A stretch of 37,009 bases of DNA from an uncultured Caulobacteraceae bacterium (GTDB taxonomy: Bacteria; Pseudomonadota; Alphaproteobacteria; Caulobacterales; Caulobacteraceae): contig CALFYB010000445.1 in assembly GCA_937952995.1 (NCBI GenBank), positions 1 through 37,009 on the forward strand, read 5' to 3'. The translations under genes were made by a program, and so were the position numbers. Shown here piece by piece: positions 7,710-16,056 of this stretch (its first letter is position 1; the number at the start of each line of letters is the position of its first letter). The notes beneath the pieces are model-generated. The model saw only the letters and a list, made by a program, of their open reading frames with translations, made no database searches and had not been told where the DNA came from.

Positions 7710-9113
7710 CTAGACGTTCAGCAGCAGGAATTCCCGCTCCCAAGGACTGACCGTGCGCATAAAGGCGTCATATTCCGCCAGCTTCACCCGCGAATAGGCA
7801 TCGATGAAGCTGCCGCCAAGAATGTCGCGCAGTGGAACGCATGAGCTTAGCAATTCCACCGACTCGATCAGGCTGCGCGGCAGTTCGACGCCGCGAAGAT
7901 TGGCGTCGGTATCAACGGGTGGCTCAGGCTTAAGACCCTCAATCATCCCCAAATAGCCCGCGCCCAACACGGCGGCGATGGCCAGATAGGGATTGGCATC
8001 GGAGGAGGGCACGCGATTTTCCACCCGGCGATTGGCGGCGTCCGATGGCGGAATGCGAATACCCGCGGTGCGGTTATCATAGCCCCATTGGGTGTTGACC
8101 GGTGCGCCGGACTCTTTGCTGATCCGACGATAGGAATTCACATAGGGTGCTAAGATGGCCATGATCGCAGGCATGTAGCGCTGTTGCCCGGCGATGAAAC
8201 TGTAAAATAGCTCTGTTGGTCCATCCGTCGCCGGATCAGAAAAAAGGTTCTTACCCGTGACGGGATCAACGATGGACTGATGGATGTGCATGGCCGAGCC
8301 AGGCTCTGAAGCCATGGGTTTGGCCATGAAGGTGGCATAGATCTCATGTTCCATCGCCGCTTCACGGATGGTGCGTTTGAACATGAAGACCTGATCGGCC
8401 AATTCTAGGGCGTTGCCGTGCCTCAGATTGATCTCCATCTGGGCCACACCGCTCTCGTGGATCAGGGTGTCGATCTCTAGGCCCTGACGCTCGGAATATT
8501 CGTACATGTCTTCGAACAGGGCATCGAACTCATTGACCGCCGAGATCGAATAGCCCTGACGCCCCGTCTCGGGCCTCCCAGACCGGCCCGTCGGCGGTTT
8601 GAGCGGATAGTCGGGGTCGACATTCTTTTCGACCAGATAGAATTCCAATTCCGGAGCGACGACCGGTTCCCATCCCTTGGCGCGATAGAGGGAAAGAACT
8701 CGGCGCAAGACTTGGCGGGGGCTTTCGTCGACGGGGCGGCCATCGGGATGGAAGGCGTCGTGAATGACCTGCGCCGTCGGGTCTTGGGCCCATGGCACGC
8801 TGGCCAAGGTCGCAAAATCGGGGACAAGGAAAATGTCCGTATCGGCCTGAACCGCGCCGATCAGACCTTCAAGGTCTGGGAAGTCGCCGGTGATGGTCTG
8901 ATAAAAGACCGACATGGGCAAGTTCATCGTCCCGCCATTGAGGAACTTGCGTACCGGCATGATCTTGCCGCGCGCCACACCGGCAAGGTCGGGCACGAAA
9001 CATTCGATCTCTTCAATGTTCTGGCGGGCAAACCATTGGGTTGCCTCTTCAATGGACGCAACTCCGCGCGCGGTCGCGGGGGCGGACTTTCGCTGTTTTG
9101 ATTTGGGTTTCAT
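7710..9113 (-). CDS. glutamine synthetase family protein (gamma-glutamyl-amine synthetase, PuuA-like)
   Basis: 467 aa. It has GS catalytic-domain blocks ('APELEFYL', 'ESGVAQMEINL', 'GSAMHIHQS', 'NRTAGIRIP', 'RVENRVPSSDANPYL') and lacks the adenylylation loop context. It sits immediately upstream of a PuuB-like oxidase. Confidence 0.9.
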   Translation of the reverse strand: MKPKSKQRKSAPATARGVASIEEATQWFARQNIEEIECFVPDLAGVARGKIMPVRKFLNGGTMNLPMSVFYQTITGDFPDLEGLIGAVQADTDIFLVPDFATLASVPWAQDPTAQVIHDAFHPDGRPVDESPRQVLRRVLSLYRAKGWEPVVAPELEFYLVEKNVDPDYPLKPPTGRSGRPETGRQGYSISAVNEFDALFEDMYEYSERQGLEIDTLIHESGVAQMEINLRHGNALELADQVFMFKRTIREAAMEHEIYATFMAKPMASEPGSAMHIHQSIVDPVTGKNLFSDPATDGPTELFYSFIAGQQRYMPAIMAILAPYVNSYRRISKESGAPVNTQWGYDNRTAGIRIPPSDAANRRVENRVPSSDANPYLAIAAVLGAGYLGMIEGLKPEPPVDTDANLRGVELPRSLIESVELLSSCVPLRDILGGSFIDAYSRVKLAEYDAFMRTVSPWEREFLLLNV

Positions 9114-9195
9114 GACACTTTTTGGGTTTCAAAGGTCAGCCTAACCCAAGGTCGCGACATGCGCAAACCGCGATCTCCATTGGAATGGCGGGGCC

Positions 9196-11880
9196 TTAAC
9201 CTGTGTTACGCAAGGCCGCCGCGATACCATTGAGGGTTAATTGAATGCCAAGCTGAATGGCCTCGCCACTTTCGCCGCGCCGACGCCGAGACAGGAGTTC
9301 GATCTGTAATCGGTTCAGCGGATCAAGGCAGGGTTTTGATAGGGCAATCGAGGCGGCAAGATCCGGCTGGCTTTCCAATAGGGATGTTGCGCCGCGCACC
9401 TTCAGGATCAGGTCCTCGGTCGCCTTCCACTCACTATGGATGACGCCGTAGATGCGTTCGGCATGCGCCCGGTCAGGGGCAAGTCCGGCATAGGCGCTGG
9501 CCATGGCCATATCGCTTTGGGCCAAGGCGATTTCCATATTGGCGAGGAAAGTGTCGAGAAAGCCCCAGCCCTGAGCCATATCGCGCAGTTGGCTCATATC
9601 GATTTTCGCGGCCTTGACGCCCGAGGCAAAGCCATACCAGCCTGGCAACATAAACCGCGACTGTGACCAGCTAAACACCCACGGAATGGCGCGCAAATCT
9701 TCGATACGGCCCGATTTGGTGCGCGAGGCGGGCCGACTGCCGATCTTCAGATCAATGATCTCAGAGATGGGTGTGGCCGTGCGGAAAAAGCCGGCAAAGG
9801 CAGGGTCGCGATAGACCAGATCCTGATAGGCCTCGCATGAGGCATCGGTAATGGCGCTCATGGCCGGGCCAAATTTGGCATCCAGAGCCGTTGAGGTCGT
9901 ATCCCCTTCTTGGCGCAGGGTCGCAAGGAAGACCGCCGCGCAGGCGCTGTCTAAAGATTTACGCGCCGAGACCTCATCGCCGAATTTGCGGGCAATCATC
10001 TCGCCCTGCTCGGTGACCCGCATGCGTCCGCGCACAGTTCCGGCCGGTTGGGCGAGGATGGCCGCGAAACTTGAGCCGCCGCCGCGTCCTACCGATCCAC
10101 CTCGGCCGTGAAAAAGCTGCAGGCCGACGCCCTGCTCGTCGCACACCTTCAGAATGTCGGACGAAGACCGGTGCAACGACCAGCGAGAGGCGGTGTAACC
10201 ACCATCCTTGTTGCTGTCTGAATAGCCGAGCATGACCTCTTGGGTCGCCTTTGGCCCAAGCAAGGACCGTGTAATCGGCAGTTTGAGCCAGCGATCAATG
10301 ATGGCCGGAGCCGCCTCGAGGTCGCCAATGGTTTCAAATAGGGGTGCAACACCAAGCATCGACCTTGGTGCCGCTCCGCCAAAGACCAGACCCGCCTGCT
10401 TGAGCAGGACCAAAGGTTCCAGAATGTCGGATACGGACGCGGCCTTGGACACCACATAGGCACCGATCGCCTCTGGACCATAGGCGGACACCGTGTCGGC
10501 CGCCGCGTCCAAAATCCGAAGCTCTCGCTTGGTTTCCGATGAGTAGGACGCAAAGGGCCAGCGCAGGACGCGGTCGTCCGACAGCTGTTCAATCAGAAGC
10601 TCGATCCTTTGATCCTCTGAAAGCCCAAGATAGTCGATCGGGGTTGGGGATTGGGCAAACAGATCTGCCACCACCCGTTCATGGACGTCGGAGTTTTGGC
10701 GAAGATCGAGGGACAGCAGGTGAAAGCCGCAGCAGCGGACAATCTGCAGCAAGACCTTAAGCGTGGTTCCCACCAATCGCTCACCGCCGTGGGCAATCAA
10801 GCTGTCGCGAATGATCGACAGATCATGCACCAGTTCGGACACGGCACCGTAGGCTTGCGCCTGTGCTGCGGCCTTGGGAGCCCCGATGGGGGAGGCCTTT
10901 AGTCGCTCCGCCGTGGCCAGAACCCGGTCGTGAATATAGGTCAGCGCCCTTCGATAGGGCTCGTCTGCGCGGTGAACCGAATGTTGGGCTGAGCGCCTCG
11001 CCAATTCCATGACCTCGTCCGAGACGGGGGCCAAGGTAACCGACAGGGTCAACTCTGTTTCAAGCTGATCCAGCTGTTCAAGGTACCAGGCGAAGATGAC
11101 TTGGCCCTGTTCGGCGAGGGCTAGCTTTAAGGTTACATCGTCGACGTGGGGGTGGCCGTCGCGGTCCCCCCCAATCCAAGATCCCAACCCAACCACCAGA
11201 GGGAAGGGGGCCTGTTCAGGCAAATCGCGGTCCCAATCGCCATAGAGCCGAACTAAGGCCGGTAAAATCGCCCGCCGCACAAAGCCCAACGTATTGTCGA
11301 TCTCATCACTGACCGTAATGCGGTCGGGACGATGGAGGCGTGTCTTCCATAGCAGGGCGACAGCACGGAACAGTTCATCCTGCGTCCAAAGGTCGAGCGT
11401 GCGCGGCAGGCTATGGCGGCGCAATGCCAAGATCCGCGCGACTTCAAATTCGCGGTCAACCACGGATGCGCGGCGCATTTCGGTTGGGTGGGCGGTCAGC
11501 ACGGGGGTCAGACGCATCGTGTCCAACACCGACTGGATGTCTGCGTCTGAAACGCCTTCGCTCTGTTTTAAGGCCACAGCACCGGTCAAGGTCGCAGGCA
11601 GGCCGCCGGACTGTCCGTCATCCAACTGCCGACGCCCCGCAACATCTTCGGCAATATTGGTCAGGGTCGATAGGCAGGCCAGCGCCCGGACAAGATAGAC
11701 GGCCTCATCGGCGGACAGGTTTGACAGATCATCCGCGCGGTCACCGGCGGCTCTGGCCCTTTGAACACCCTGCTGACGAGCTTCGCCGTCCAGATAGGCG
11801 AGGGCCTCGTTGAACAGGCGCTCGAGAAGCCGGACATTCTGCGCCACTCGGCGCGTGGTCGACTCATCGAAGGTCATCAT
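9196..11880 (-). CDS. ppc: phosphoenolpyruvate carboxylase
   Basis: Signature blocks 'VLTAHPTE', 'MLGYSDSNKDGG', 'FHGRGGSVGRGG' and the C-terminal 'NTG'. I chose the start at ATGATG 11880 (MMTFDE...) because an AGGAGA Shine-Dalgarno lies 5 nt upstream. The track start at 11922 lacks one. Confidence 0.95.
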   Translation of the reverse strand: MMTFDESTTRRVAQNVRLLERLFNEALAYLDGEARQQGVQRARAAGDRADDLSNLSADEAVYLVRALACLSTLTNIAEDVAGRRQLDDGQSGGLPATLTGAVALKQSEGVSDADIQSVLDTMRLTPVLTAHPTEMRRASVVDREFEVARILALRRHSLPRTLDLWTQDELFRAVALLWKTRLHRPDRITVSDEIDNTLGFVRRAILPALVRLYGDWDRDLPEQAPFPLVVGLGSWIGGDRDGHPHVDDVTLKLALAEQGQVIFAWYLEQLDQLETELTLSVTLAPVSDEVMELARRSAQHSVHRADEPYRRALTYIHDRVLATAERLKASPIGAPKAAAQAQAYGAVSELVHDLSIIRDSLIAHGGERLVGTTLKVLLQIVRCCGFHLLSLDLRQNSDVHERVVADLFAQSPTPIDYLGLSEDQRIELLIEQLSDDRVLRWPFASYSSETKRELRILDAAADTVSAYGPEAIGAYVVSKAASVSDILEPLVLLKQAGLVFGGAAPRSMLGVAPLFETIGDLEAAPAIIDRWLKLPITRSLLGPKATQEVMLGYSDSNKDGGYTASRWSLHRSSSDILKVCDEQGVGLQLFHGRGGSVGRGGGSSFAAILAQPAGTVRGRMRVTEQGEMIARKFGDEVSARKSLDSACAAVFLATLRQEGDTTSTALDAKFGPAMSAITDASCEAYQDLVYRDPAFAGFFRTATPISEIIDLKIGSRPASRTKSGRIEDLRAIPWVFSWSQSRFMLPGWYGFASGVKAAKIDMSQLRDMAQGWGFLDTFLANMEIALAQSDMAMASAYAGLAPDRAHAERIYGVIHSEWKATEDLILKVRGATSLLESQPDLAASIALSKPCLDPLNRLQIELLSRRRRGESGEAIQLGIQLTLNGIAAALRNTG

Positions 11881-11975
11881 TTCAGTCTCCTGTAAGCTTT
11901 CGCGCACCTTAGCTTGAATCATGTAAAAACCCTTGTACGGGTCAATAGTGACGTGACCGATGGGAGAATAGGACG

Positions 11976-12464
11976 ATGGAAGAGCTTTGGCGCTTGGGAG
12001 AAGAGGCCGGTCAGCGGCTTAAGGATCGCAAACAAACCATCGCGGTCGCTGAATCATCGTCAGGTGGCCTTCTGTCGGCGGCCCTGTTGGCGGTTCCGGG
12101 CGCTTCGGCCTATTTTCTAAGTGGGGCCGTGGTCTATACGGGCCGAGCCAGGCGCAAGCTGATGGGCCTAGAAGCCGATGCGGTGGAAGGCATGCGCTCG
12201 TCCAGTGAGCCCTATGCCCTGTTGCTCGCGCGCACGGCCAAGGAACGGTTTCGCACCGATTGGGGCCTGTCTGAAACAGGAGCCGCTGGGCCGACGGGCA
12301 ATCCTTACGGCGATGCGGCAGGCCATAGCTGCATTGGGGTCAGCGGACCGGTCGAGCGGGTCATGACCCTTGAAACCGCAAGCCCAGATCGGCGCGCCAA
12401 TATGCAGGCCTTTGCCGAACAGGCCTTGCGGGCGCTCATCGCTGCTCTGGATGCTCAGGCCTAG
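11976..12464 (+). CDS. pncC: CinA C-terminal-domain protein / nicotinamide-nucleotide amidohydrolase-like
   Basis: 162 aa. 'TIAVAESSSGGLLSAALLAVPGAS' matches the CinA-C 'AESCTGG' motif. The length matches stand-alone PncC proteins. Confidence 0.75.
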   Translation: MEELWRLGEEAGQRLKDRKQTIAVAESSSGGLLSAALLAVPGASAYFLSGAVVYTGRARRKLMGLEADAVEGMRSSSEPYALLLARTAKERFRTDWGLSETGAAGPTGNPYGDAAGHSCIGVSGPVERVMTLETASPDRRANMQAFAEQALRALIAALDAQA

Positions 12465-12466
12465 GG

Positions 12467-12766
12467 TTAGGCTGCGCGTTGACCTGCGGGGGAATCAAGC
12501 ACCCGCAGGATTTCGCCCTCGCGTTCATTCCAGATGATGCTGACCCCTAAGGCGCGGTCTAACTGGTTACCAAGAGCTGATCGCACCTGACTATCGCCGA
12601 GCCGCTTGGGGCTGATTCGCATCAAGGTTCGACCACAGCCGAGATCTTCATGATGATCGGCATGGCGCAGCACCGCATCAATGATCGCGCCCGTTAGGGG
12701 AGACCTGACCGTGGCTGCGGCCTTGGCGGGTCGGTAGCTCGAGGCGAAGCGCTTATAGGGGGCCAT
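12467..12766 (-). CDS. hypothetical protein (orphan, divergent from the WYL regulator)
   Basis: 99-aa version starting at MAPYKRF, with AAGGA ~8 nt upstream. Third-position GC looks coding-like. I recognise no family. The longer 131-aa form would overlap the WYL gene start and is disfavoured. Confidence 0.45.
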   Translation of the reverse strand: MAPYKRFASSYRPAKAAATVRSPLTGAIIDAVLRHADHHEDLGCGRTLMRISPKRLGDSQVRSALGNQLDRALGVSIIWNEREGEILRVLDSPAGQRAA

Positions 12767-12781
12767 GGGGGGCGTCCTTGG

Positions 12782-12804
12782 GGTCAAGTGGTCTGGTCTT
12801 GACC
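12782..12804. promoter_or_regulatory. inverted repeat GGTCAAG-N9-CTTGACC in the divergent intergenic region (candidate operator)
   Basis: Perfect 7-bp arms at 12782-12788 and 12798-12804. They are nested in a run of GGTC/GACC tetramers (GGTCaagtGGTCtGGTCttGACCttgtgGACC), between the small ORF start (12766) and the WYL start (12854). Confidence 0.3.
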
Positions 12805-12853
12805 TTGTGGACCGCATGTGCGTCAAATTCGGTCGTATCTTTCGGAGCCACCT

Positions 12854-13864
12854 ATGCGACACGATAAGGCCCAGCGTCTCTTGACCCTTGCCAGGATGCT
12901 GGCGGGAACGGCTGAAGGCTTGACGCTAGATGAGATGGCGTCTCGCCTAGAGGTCGGTCGTCGCACGGTTGAACGCATGCGCGACGCCGTGCGTGAAGTG
13001 TTCCCGCAGATGGAAGATATTGACGATCCCCCAACCCGGCGCTTTCGCATTCCCTCTGGTCTGGATGGTCTTTTTCAAGCCCCGACGGCCGAAGAACTAG
13101 CGGCACTTCGGACCGCTTCAGAAGCCCTCAGCAGTTCGGGTGCGCAAAATCGGGCTGGCGCGCTCGCCACCTTGGAAGCCAAGCTGATGGCCTCGATGCG
13201 ACCGGGCGTTCGCCGCCGTCTGGCTCCTGATGTCGAGGCCCTGCTTCAGGCCGAAACCATCGCGGTTCAGGCGGGACCACGTCCCTTTGAAGAGGATGAT
13301 GTGCTGGCGCGTGTGCGCGAGGCCATCAAGTCCATGCGGGCCCTTCGGCTTCGATATGACGGCGGCAGCACACCGGGGCGGATGCGCGATGTCGTCCCGT
13401 TTGGGCTTCTGTTTGGCCGCAGCAACTATCTGGTTGCCGCCGAGCTGACCCCGGATCAACCCGTCGGCCCGCCACGCAATTGGCGGCTTGATCGCATGGG
13501 CCAGATCGAGGTCCTCGATGTGCCCGCCAGTCCTCCGGAAGACTTTTCTTTGCAGGACTATGCCGATCAGAGCTTTGGCATCTATCAGGACGATGTTGAG
13601 GATGTGGTCCTCAAGATCTTGCCGCATGGCGCAGAAGATGCGCTGCGCTGGCGCTTCCATAGCCATCAGAGCGTCACCCATGAGCCTGATGGTTCGGTGA
13701 CCATCGCCTTTCGGGCCAGTGGCATGACCGAACTGTCTTGGCACCTGTTCAGCTGGGGCGACAAGATCAGAATTCTTGCACCTGACCGGTTGCGCGAGGT
13801 CTTAGCCGAGCAACTGAAATTGGCGGCGATGGCCCTGACGCCAGAGGTCGACGTCCCAAATTGA
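12854..13864 (+). CDS. HTH-WYL-WCX transcriptional regulator (YafY/PafBC/DriD-like)
   Basis: N-terminal wHTH 'RLLTLARMLAGTAEGLTLDEMASRLEVGRRTVERMRDAV'. Central WYL domain 'LRLRYDGGSTPGRMRDVVPFGLLFGRSNYLVAAE...RNWRLDRMGQIEVL'. I chose the start at MRHDKAQ (12854). Confidence 0.85.
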   Translation: MRHDKAQRLLTLARMLAGTAEGLTLDEMASRLEVGRRTVERMRDAVREVFPQMEDIDDPPTRRFRIPSGLDGLFQAPTAEELAALRTASEALSSSGAQNRAGALATLEAKLMASMRPGVRRRLAPDVEALLQAETIAVQAGPRPFEEDDVLARVREAIKSMRALRLRYDGGSTPGRMRDVVPFGLLFGRSNYLVAAELTPDQPVGPPRNWRLDRMGQIEVLDVPASPPEDFSLQDYADQSFGIYQDDVEDVVLKILPHGAEDALRWRFHSHQSVTHEPDGSVTIAFRASGMTELSWHLFSWGDKIRILAPDRLREVLAEQLKLAAMALTPEVDVPN

Positions 13865-13910
13865 CGTAGGCACCGCTCAAAAGGGTTTTCGTTCACACGG
13901 AGACCCGATC

Positions 13911-14123
13911 ATGTTCGACCTCACCCTCAATCGTCCAAGCTTTTCGTCTGACCTTCTGGGCCTTAGCCGCGCCCTCTATAGTGTTCTGCGCTACGGCGTC
14001 GTGTTGCTGGTGTGGCTGGGCCTATTTGCCATCAGGCCTCGCCTCGCCATTTTGGCCTTCAAAAATCGTCGGCTAGGTTCGCCCATTCCAAGGATGCGCC
14101 GTCGCCGCACTATTGGCCATTGA
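13911..14123 (+). CDS. small single-pass membrane protein (hypothetical)
   Basis: 70-aa ORF with GGAGA 7 nt upstream of the ATG. It has one hydrophobic helix ('YGVVLLVWLGLFAI') and a very basic tail ('RMRRRRTIGH'). I recognise no homology. Confidence 0.4.
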   Translation: MFDLTLNRPSFSSDLLGLSRALYSVLRYGVVLLVWLGLFAIRPRLAILAFKNRRLGSPIPRMRRRRTIGH

Positions 14124-14153
14124 GGCTTGCCTATCCTATAGCTGCGTTGGGCC

Positions 14154-15365
14154 ATGACCGACGTCAACGGCTTGAGCATCAAGGACCCTTCAATGAAACG
14201 CCCCCTGGCCGGTGTCCGTATCCTCGCCGTCGAGCTCTATGGAGCAGGGCCCTATGGCACGCAGTTGATGGCCGAGCTGGGCGCAGAGGTGGTTAAGATC
14301 GAGGCTCCCTCGATGGGCGGAGATGTGAGCCGCTCGGTCGGACCCTATTTTCTAGGGGAGGGGGACACGGCCTTCTTTCAGACCTTCTCGCGGTCCAAGT
14401 CCTCACTGGCCCTTGAGCTTAAGACCCCAGAGGGCCGCGCGATCTTTGAAAAGCTGGTCGCAGGTGCTGATGCGGTCGTGAATAACCTGCGCGGTGATAA
14501 GCCGGGCAAGCTGGGCCTGACTTACGACGATCTCAAGTCCATCAAGCCTTCCATCGTCTGCGCCCATCTGTCGGCCTATGGCCGTAACAACAGCCGCGCC
14601 AACTGGCCGGGTTATGATTATCTGATGCAGGCCGAAAGCGGCATGATGAGCTTGACCGGTGAGCCCGACGCGCCGCCAACAAGGCTTGGTCTGTCGATGG
14701 TTGATTTCATGACCGGTTCGGTCTTTGCGCTCGGTATTGTCTCGGCGATCTTGAACGCCCGGAGCACCGGTGAGGGCTGCGACGTGGATGTGTCGCTGTT
14801 TGACGTGGCCCTTCACCAAACCTCCTATCCTGCCGTTTGGGCCATGAATGAGGGCTATGAGCCTGAGCGCCTGCCGCGCGGAGCCCATCCGTCTATCGCG
14901 CCGTCGCAACTGGTCCGCACTGCCGATGGCTGGGGCCTCTTAATGTGCCAGACTCCCAAATTTTGGGCCCTATTCTGCGGCCTTACAGGACGGAGCGATC
15001 TGGCGGATGATCCTCGATTTGCCGACATTCCAGCCCGCCGCGCCCATTTGGCTGAGCTGACGCAGGCGCTGGACGGCCTCTTCATGACCCGCAAGTCTCA
15101 GGACTGGAGCGATCTCTTTGCTGGCCAAGTGCCGTTTGCGCCGGTCAAGGATCTGAAGTCGGCCTTAGATAACCCCTTTGTGGCCGAGGTGGGTATGAGG
15201 GATATTGTCGATCACCCCGCCAAACCTGAAGGCCTGCACATGTTGGCCAGCCCCGTGATGATCAATGGCCAACGGATGACTGGCCATCGTGCCCCGACCT
15301 TGGGTGAGCAGACCGACGCTATTTTGGCCGCGTTGAAATCATCCGATAGAGGCGAAGGCGTCTAG
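14154..15365 (+). CDS. CaiB/BaiF family III CoA-transferase
   Basis: 'PLAGVRILAVELYGAGPYGTQLMAELGAEVVKIE' is the characteristic N-terminal block, and the length of ~400 aa fits. The start could instead be Met-14 (14193). Confidence 0.85.
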   Translation: MTDVNGLSIKDPSMKRPLAGVRILAVELYGAGPYGTQLMAELGAEVVKIEAPSMGGDVSRSVGPYFLGEGDTAFFQTFSRSKSSLALELKTPEGRAIFEKLVAGADAVVNNLRGDKPGKLGLTYDDLKSIKPSIVCAHLSAYGRNNSRANWPGYDYLMQAESGMMSLTGEPDAPPTRLGLSMVDFMTGSVFALGIVSAILNARSTGEGCDVDVSLFDVALHQTSYPAVWAMNEGYEPERLPRGAHPSIAPSQLVRTADGWGLLMCQTPKFWALFCGLTGRSDLADDPRFADIPARRAHLAELTQALDGLFMTRKSQDWSDLFAGQVPFAPVKDLKSALDNPFVAEVGMRDIVDHPAKPEGLHMLASPVMINGQRMTGHRAPTLGEQTDAILAALKSSDRGEGV

Positions 15366-15973
15366 ATCTTGTCGGCATAGATCATTCGCCCGCGCCCAAG
15401 GCGCGTCAGAACCTGCTCTAAATCGGTTTGAGCCACGGCAAAGCAGCCTTCGCTTCGCCCTAACTTCCCGGTGTCGCGCACCATCGATGGGCTGACATAC
15501 CAAGCGGCATGAACGACAATGGCCCGCGGCTTGGCATTGTCGTTGGTCGGGTCTAGCCCGGTGAGGCGCAATGATCGGCCGTGTTTGCCGGTATAGATAT
15601 CGTCTGTGACATAGGCCCCCGGCGATGAGGCGTAAGAGCCTTCGGCATTGCTAAACCGTTTGAGCCATCCCGAATGGTCTGGATCTGATCCGCGGCCATG
15701 GGCAACCAACAGGGTCTGGACCTGCCCTGAATGCAAATCGAGCAGATGGAACCGGGGCGTTGCCGAGGCTCTGGAAAAATCAACTATGCCCATGAGATCG
15801 GTATTTTTGACCTGCGCCCGATGACGAACCATGGCCTCAAGGGCCCGCTGTCTAAGTGCGGAGGAAATATCAGTGCCGAGTGGGGCGCTATGGGCGACGG
15901 ATGCGCAGACCAGCCCCATCAGGGGCGCAGCGAATAGGGCTCGGCGGGTTAGATTTAGTCTCTCATCGGGCAT
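15362..15973 (-). CDS. L,D-transpeptidase catalytic-domain family protein (YkuD_2-like), Tat-signal
   Basis: Twin-arginine leader 'LTRRALFAAPLMGLVCASVAHS'. Catalytic-Cys context 'GRSEGCFAV' near the C-terminus. Its stop codon shares the palindrome CTAG with the convergent CoA-transferase gene. Confidence 0.75.
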   Translation of the reverse strand: MPDERLNLTRRALFAAPLMGLVCASVAHSAPLGTDISSALRQRALEAMVRHRAQVKNTDLMGIVDFSRASATPRFHLLDLHSGQVQTLLVAHGRGSDPDHSGWLKRFSNAEGSYASSPGAYVTDDIYTGKHGRSLRLTGLDPTNDNAKPRAIVVHAAWYVSPSMVRDTGKLGRSEGCFAVAQTDLEQVLTRLGRGRMIYADKI

Positions 15974-16056
15974 ACAGACATCGCTCCAAATCGATTATGT
16001 GCCCCCCGGCGACTCCTCCCATAACCGCTCGGTCTAACGACGTCACGCCTGTATTT

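Noticed and set aside
12467-12766. The C-terminal 'GVSIIWNEREGEILRVLD' of the 99-aa orphan looks vaguely like the ParE/RelE toxin C-terminus ('...I.ILRVLH').
   Set aside because: No antitoxin-sized partner ORF is adjacent and the remainder of the protein shows no RelE/ParE pattern. The resemblance is too short to support a toxin call.
12832-12838. GTCGTAT, 16 nt upstream of the WYL gene start. It resembles what I remember as a half site of the Caulobacter DriD operator.
   Set aside because: Only one good half site is present. The position where the partner should lie (12818-12824, GTGCGTC) matches 4/7. My memory of the consensus is also unverified, so this is not reported as a site.
15362-15365. 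Convergent gene pairs share palindromic stop tetranucleotides: CTAG at 15362-15365 and TTAA at 23713-23716. This leaves no room for terminators.
   Set aside because: The observation is real but common in compact GC-rich genomes. On its own it implies only possible convergent read-through and is not a distinct element.
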